DNA of 48,998 nucleotides from Rickettsiales bacterium (GTDB lineage Bacteria; Pseudomonadota; Alphaproteobacteria; Rickettsiales; Deianiraeaceae): NCBI GenBank assembly GCA_016735445.1, contig JAERRN010000013.1, positions 1 to 48,998 of the forward strand, read 5' to 3'. Shown piece by piece: positions 47,701 to 48,998 of this stretch (position 1 is its first letter; each line of letters starts with the position of its first letter). The notes under the pieces were generated by a model. It saw only the letters and a program-made list of their open reading frames with translations, ran no database searches and was not told where the DNA came from. The position numbers and the translations under genes were made by a program.

Positions 47701-48556
47701 TACCGTAATCGTAATATATTTCTGTACAATACCCACATAAACCTGTTGCGCCAACTGTCCACCAGTTATCTGTTTTCGTTTTTATTTTATGCAGTTGCGA
47801 CTTTTTACAAATTGCATCACTGTTTGTTTTTAAGTTTGCTTCTGGTTTATTTACATTAGCACTATTTGGTGTTTTAGCTTTATATTTGTTGAGGACGTTA
47901 TTAAAATTCTCTTGATCAATTTTTTTATAAAATGGATTGTCTAAATCTGCGTTCCAAAATAATTCTTCTTTGCAAAAAGAGATATGCAATATATATGAAT
48001 CCAATAAATTATTCCAGATTTCAAAAGATTCCTGATCTTTTTCGTCTACTGTAAAATGTAAGTATTTAAAATTAATTTTTAAAATACGCACAAGAAATAT
48101 AAAAACTATACATATTGCTTCCACTTTAGAATAACTACCGTTTCCAAATGAGCCAAATGAAAAATTACCTAGCATTTCGAAAAAGGTGTGGTGCCTTGGT
48201 GTAAAACCAACATTGTCTAAATCGTTATGTTTTCCACCTGCCCGCAAACAGCGTTGTGTAGAAAATACATTTGGAAATAACGGCACTTTGCTACCTGCAA
48301 AATACTCTTTAAATTGCATCATTCCGCTATTTGTAAACATAACAGATGAGTCATCGAATGCTGGTAATAAAGATGAAGATTCCTCTTTTTTATGATCGAT
48401 TTGCAATTTTGTAAATATCCATCTGTTTTTGTTAACTTCTGTTGGGTTAATTATAAAAAATGGTATTGTGTGCTTTATTGTGTTACCAAAAAAACTGTTA
48501 AAATGGCTCACTAACTCACAATGTGTGTACTGAGCAGATGACTTATTTTTATCCAC
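44720..48556 (-). CDS. alaS: Alanyl-tRNA synthetase, strongly expanded (1278 aa)
   Basis: GTG start. Class II core: MFTNSGMMQFK, QRCLRAGGKHNDLDNVGFTPRHHTFFEMLGNFSFG, IEIWNLVCMQY, DTGAGLERI. Also RKIIRRA and DTYGIPYID. Editing domain: HHSASHLVNGALRQYFGQEIIQKGSQV, LRFDF, ELCGGMHVNRTGDIG...GIKRIEAIAG. A C-terminal domain is present. Several long insertions separate the conserved blocks. Confidence 0.93.
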   Translation of the reverse strand: MDKNKSSAQYTHCELVSHFNSFFGNTIKHTIPFFIINPTEVNKNRWIFTKLQIDHKKEESSSLLPAFDDSSVMFTNSGMMQFKEYFAGSKVPLFPNVFSTQRCLRAGGKHNDLDNVGFTPRHHTFFEMLGNFSFGSFGNGSYSKVEAICIVFIFLVRILKINFKYLHFTVDEKDQESFEIWNNLLDSYILHISFCKEELFWNADLDNPFYKKIDQENFNNVLNKYKAKTPNSANVNKPEANLKTNSDAICKKSQLHKIKTKTDNWWTVGATGLCGYCTEIYYDYGIAVNGYFDDKNNTGAHGDRFIEIWNLVCMQYTKKTDGTIEELPFVSIDTGAGLERILAVLNGVDNNFNTDIFLPIINKIKEIYTNNPIKITSEIANQEQNIHNYRVIADHMRAICYIQADGILPSADGVGYVLRKIIRRACDHAISLKKAVHTKNLLHNLVDIVIQTANPDWQNLLNKSRDRIINTIQLEEEKYYQIVQTMDINIKKEVTILNSFLENTKKHQARNGLNKLLEPTGKLPEFSKDKDNNAIVCTEVTLLLDQWIKDKKLVEQFASEYKTAVNNFNHHDKEVKPNLLLALQKYEQLIFDNLEKNAPHNSGWKQLNYQLCQLFTNRNQQKNNNPHHLDNIDCLNPSNLKNTGNTICPIKYTHYAQYIALLPIRLLAVRCKDTYGIPYIDICNWLKKETNLPDWVMPRIEQTSGNLLYLVQPISVKKVTQDSVLSRIRKGEINLDEVKFGDGQESVYLFAVGKTNSAVFGFCDDTQLLCYHNNEEKIYSSLSGNFYFLHLTYQTEEECYFICEKTPFYQEGGGQFSDAGVITLTDDHTQEGMFFQPCNDNSKHIAVTCYKNRILDGKKPDLNNKLVVSGVLKINNIIFHKIKNYKLLKENNKFQKAKELSLKVDVGLSYGSQIHHSASHLVNGALRQYFGQEIIQKGSQVYPDWLRFDFLYDGAVAQMDIVQLEKIINTAIANNAKVYIQDNIPKDEAKARGAISIPNENYGQSVRVVQMGGKVYNKGNKDESLISMELCGGMHVNRTGDIGALTILQIKSIGSGIKRIEAIAGLSVYKYNAQMHALLSSVAAKYKIDLQFTLKENCSIKISDEQCNNLDNLVKNKDKTEHNPLLDYIDKLTIKNQELKKQTESQLLIMLQEEIAKIKLISHENINYAIIQSFVVNQEVPKKISGCVQKIIPPNIGVLFWVIKHKNGYILGVFRNKTVNTNDNKAKESYLDNCAKTVQYVCDKTGVKVIKGQIKAILFFCDISQTEYNILVASAQKK

Positions 48557-48998
48557 TTTGTATATTTTATAAAAAAATAAATATAGTTATACTGCTAAAC
48601 ATAATAACCAAATATAGTAGCAAATAGCAATAACAAAGTAAACTAACTAGGTGTGCAATTTATTATTAACGCCATTGTTGCAATGTTTGTTTAATTTAAG
48701 TTGGTAAATGTATAATTTTGTTTAATTGGCAAATCTTAATTTAATATTACCACTATTTAACCACAGTGTTAATATTATATATTAACGCATATTTTACCAA
48801 ACAACACGCGCTTAATTATGCAAATTATTATTGCCAATAGTGTATAATTTGCTTTCTACCCTTATTAAAAATGGTAACTCTTGTATAAAAAAATTTTTAA
48901 CTTAATATGCATTTTTTGTAGAGCAAAATACTAAAAAATTACTTAATACTTTTATCTATTAACGTAAGGCAGGTGCGACATTGTAATAAATTGATTAC

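Overview
AT-rich chromosomal segment, by eye about 30-35 % G+C. The gene content fits a reduced, probably obligately intracellular alphaproteobacterium of Rickettsiales type: secB / Tim44-like / mltA synteny, class I lysyl-tRNA synthetase, a VirB2-like pilin, GTA-type tail genes, MEP-pathway genes dxs and ispA, and retained peptidoglycan genes murF, murI, dapF and mltA. I cannot name the species from sequence alone. I support 33 protein-coding genes, one tRNA-Val(GAC) and two pseudogene remnants. Called features sum to about 39.7 kb of 49.0 kb (about 81 %), so spacers are long, up to 1.0 kb. No rRNA, CRISPR array or intact mobile element is visible, and all ORFs read through with the standard code. 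Core genes are pnp, rne, bamD, secB, dapF, ftsK, queF, uvrD, ychF, ispA, tmk, murF, queC, trkA, pdhA, murI, lysK, dxs, gyrA and alaS. The more interesting content is: (1) a tight two-gene module at 36.7-37.8 kb, consisting of a DUF4065/Panacea (SocA/GepA-like) protein plus a 130-aa coiled-coil protein with one TM helix, which I read as a candidate toxin-antitoxin or abortive-infection pair with an unclassified partner; (2) a two-TM membrane protein whose C-terminus is a nested tandem array of Ser/Asp/Arg (SSDSRP) repeats; (3) phage-derived genes standing alone among housekeeping genes, namely a large terminase lacking the P-loop glycine and a GTA g12/g13-like tail pair; (4) a VirB2/TrbC-like pilin with a Cys-containing C-terminal extension just upstream of ftsK; (5) a pair of very basic unknown ORFs downstream of murF; (6) a decayed IS1595-type transposase and Dam methylase remnant between dxs and gyrA; (7) an AlaRS about 400 aa longer than the E. 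coli enzyme because of internal insertions; (8) an in-frame tandem duplication in tmk and several strong inverted repeats. Function calls rest on motifs I recognise by eye. No database search was run.
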